Program-made: the position numbers and the translations under genes
The notes under the pieces: generated by a model
The model's database searches: none
What the model was told of the DNA's origin: nothing
Seen by the model: the letters and a program-made list of their open reading frames with translations, nothing else
Source of the DNA: Minisyncoccota bacterium
Lineage (GTDB): Bacteria > Patescibacteriota > Minisyncoccia > Phycocordibacterales > XYD1-FULL-46-19
Reading direction: 5' to 3'
Assembly: GCA_040879645.1 (NCBI GenBank)
Contig: JBBDJY010000013.1
Location: forward strand, 30,366 to 94,365
Length of the DNA stretch: 64,000 nucleotides
In this document: positions 63,070 through 64,000 of the stretch, one piece after another
Layout of the letters: every line of letters starts with the position of its first letter
Position numbering within the stretch: position 1 is the stretch's first letter

Positions 63070-63111
63070 GAAGACTGTCAATTCTAACAACACACAGAAA
63101 GGAACCGTGTC

Positions 63112-63333
63112 ATGAGTTTGGGAATTCTGAACGATCTGGGTGGGCAGAAGTTTGTCAAATCGACCTTCTCCCAATATGTCTGGAACAGGTGCGTCGAGGT
63201 ATCCATCGGCAAGGACCTTGTCGTGGTTCGCGATTCCAAGAACCAGGCCGGACCCGTGCTGAACTTCAACCATGATGAGTGGAGGGCTTTCGTTCAGGGC
63301 GTCAAGAACGACGAATTCGATCTGCCTTCTTAG
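63112..63333 (+). CDS. DUF397 domain protein
   Basis: KSTFS....CVEV....VVVRDSK...GPVL.F...EWRAFVQGVK..EFD. Confidence 0.9.
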   Translation: MSLGILNDLGGQKFVKSTFSQYVWNRCVEVSIGKDLVVVRDSKNQAGPVLNFNHDEWRAFVQGVKNDEFDLPS

Positions 63334-63369
63334 TCATCTTCTCGAGCATATTTTCACTATCAACACGGC

Positions 63370-63401
63370 AAAATCGCCAGACCCCGTCTGGCGATTTTTT
63401 T
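63370..63401. terminator. Bidirectional terminator
   Basis: AAAATCGCCAGAC-CCC-GTCTGGCGATTTTTT. Confidence 0.75.
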
Positions 63402-63972
63402 ATTGACCAGATTTATCAGGTATTTTTGTCCGTAATGGGATTTTTGCTTCAGGTAAATTGCTTTCGAAAAATTGGAGATGCCCGGCACCTGTTACGATCA
63501 CAATTCGATCGTTCTCTATCATTAATTTTTTAATATTTTCAAGCATTATTTTTTCTCTTTGATTTTCGTTATCCATATTGAACAATAACGGTAAGAGTGG
63601 ATCATTTAATAAATTATTAACTGTCTCGTTGTTAAATTCTTTCCAAGAATGTTTCTCGATGATAGATTGTTGATTCTCCATCAATTTTTTATATTCTTGA
63701 TCATTTGGTCCTTTTCCTTTTATAAAATAAGAGTGCTGGCTGTCCACATCAAAAGTACCAACTTCCAGTCCGCGATCTTTGGCCCAATGATAAGCGAAGA
63801 CCAGCTCTTCGGCATAAATTTGTCTCGCCTTCATCTCTAAAGACGGTACTCCTGTTAATTCAACCAAAACCTGATCCGGTTCTAAATCCTCCAAGATTTT
63901 TTGTAACTCTTCTTTAGGAGTATATTTACCGTGGATGGTTCCAATGATGAAAATTTCTCTCATGTTTATCAT
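63400..63972 (-). CDS. Hypothetical protein, TraB/GumN (Tiki)-like
   Basis: Motifs IIGTIH, PDQVLVE, RE..M..NI and VTGAGH. Confidence 0.55.
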   Translation of the reverse strand: MINMREIFIIGTIHGKYTPKEELQKILEDLEPDQVLVELTGVPSLEMKARQIYAEELVFAYHWAKDRGLEVGTFDVDSQHSYFIKGKGPNDQEYKKLMENQQSIIEKHSWKEFNNETVNNLLNDPLLPLLFNMDNENQREKIMLENIKKLMIENDRIVIVTGAGHLQFFESNLPEAKIPLRTKIPDKSGQ

Positions 63973-64000
63973 CTATCCTACTATGAGATCAGTGATATTG

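Overview
This window looks like the origin-proximal chromosome of a Patescibacteria/CPR (Parcubacteria-like) bacterium. That assignment is inferred from the gene set, the short trigger factor, the CPR-type T4SS cluster and core genes lacking Shine-Dalgarno sites. Left to right: (1) an AT-rich dnaN-oriC-dnaA / rpmH-rnpA-yidC block; (2) an 11-gene, 13.6-kb minus-strand T4SS-like cluster (VirB6-, PrgI/VirB3- and VirB4-like genes, plus a pilin fused to an M15-type peptidase); (3) housekeeping genes (rsmA, uvrD, an M23 peptidase, LOG, comM, dksA-like, pnp, NYN, rpsO); (4) a centromere-like locus at 34.6-38.8 kb with a Xer recombinase, a candidate sRNA, the CCA enzyme, at least 8 variant parS sites and a second clustered motif, AAAGGACA; (5) four tRNA genes; (6) mgtE, hup, rny, clpP, tig, ppa and nusA; (7) an accessory region at 52-64 kb with a fibre adhesin, a PASTA lipoprotein, an ATP-grasp ligase, two non-duplicate MurA genes, a sulfotransferase, a GT8 and a DUF397 protein. 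The most unusual signal is a family of small structured non-coding elements attached to tRNA 3' ends. At tRNA-Gly(GCC) and tRNA-Pro(TGG) the element carries an antisense copy of its own host tRNA's T-arm, shares the motifs ATAAYGAGGAC, GCGAAAGGCGCA and GAG(T)CCGGG, and ends in a duplicate of the tRNA 3' end starting in the T-loop. tRNA-Gly(TCC) carries the first part of the element only. No CRISPR array, transposase, reverse transcriptase or rRNA was seen. All calls were made by eye, with no database searches.
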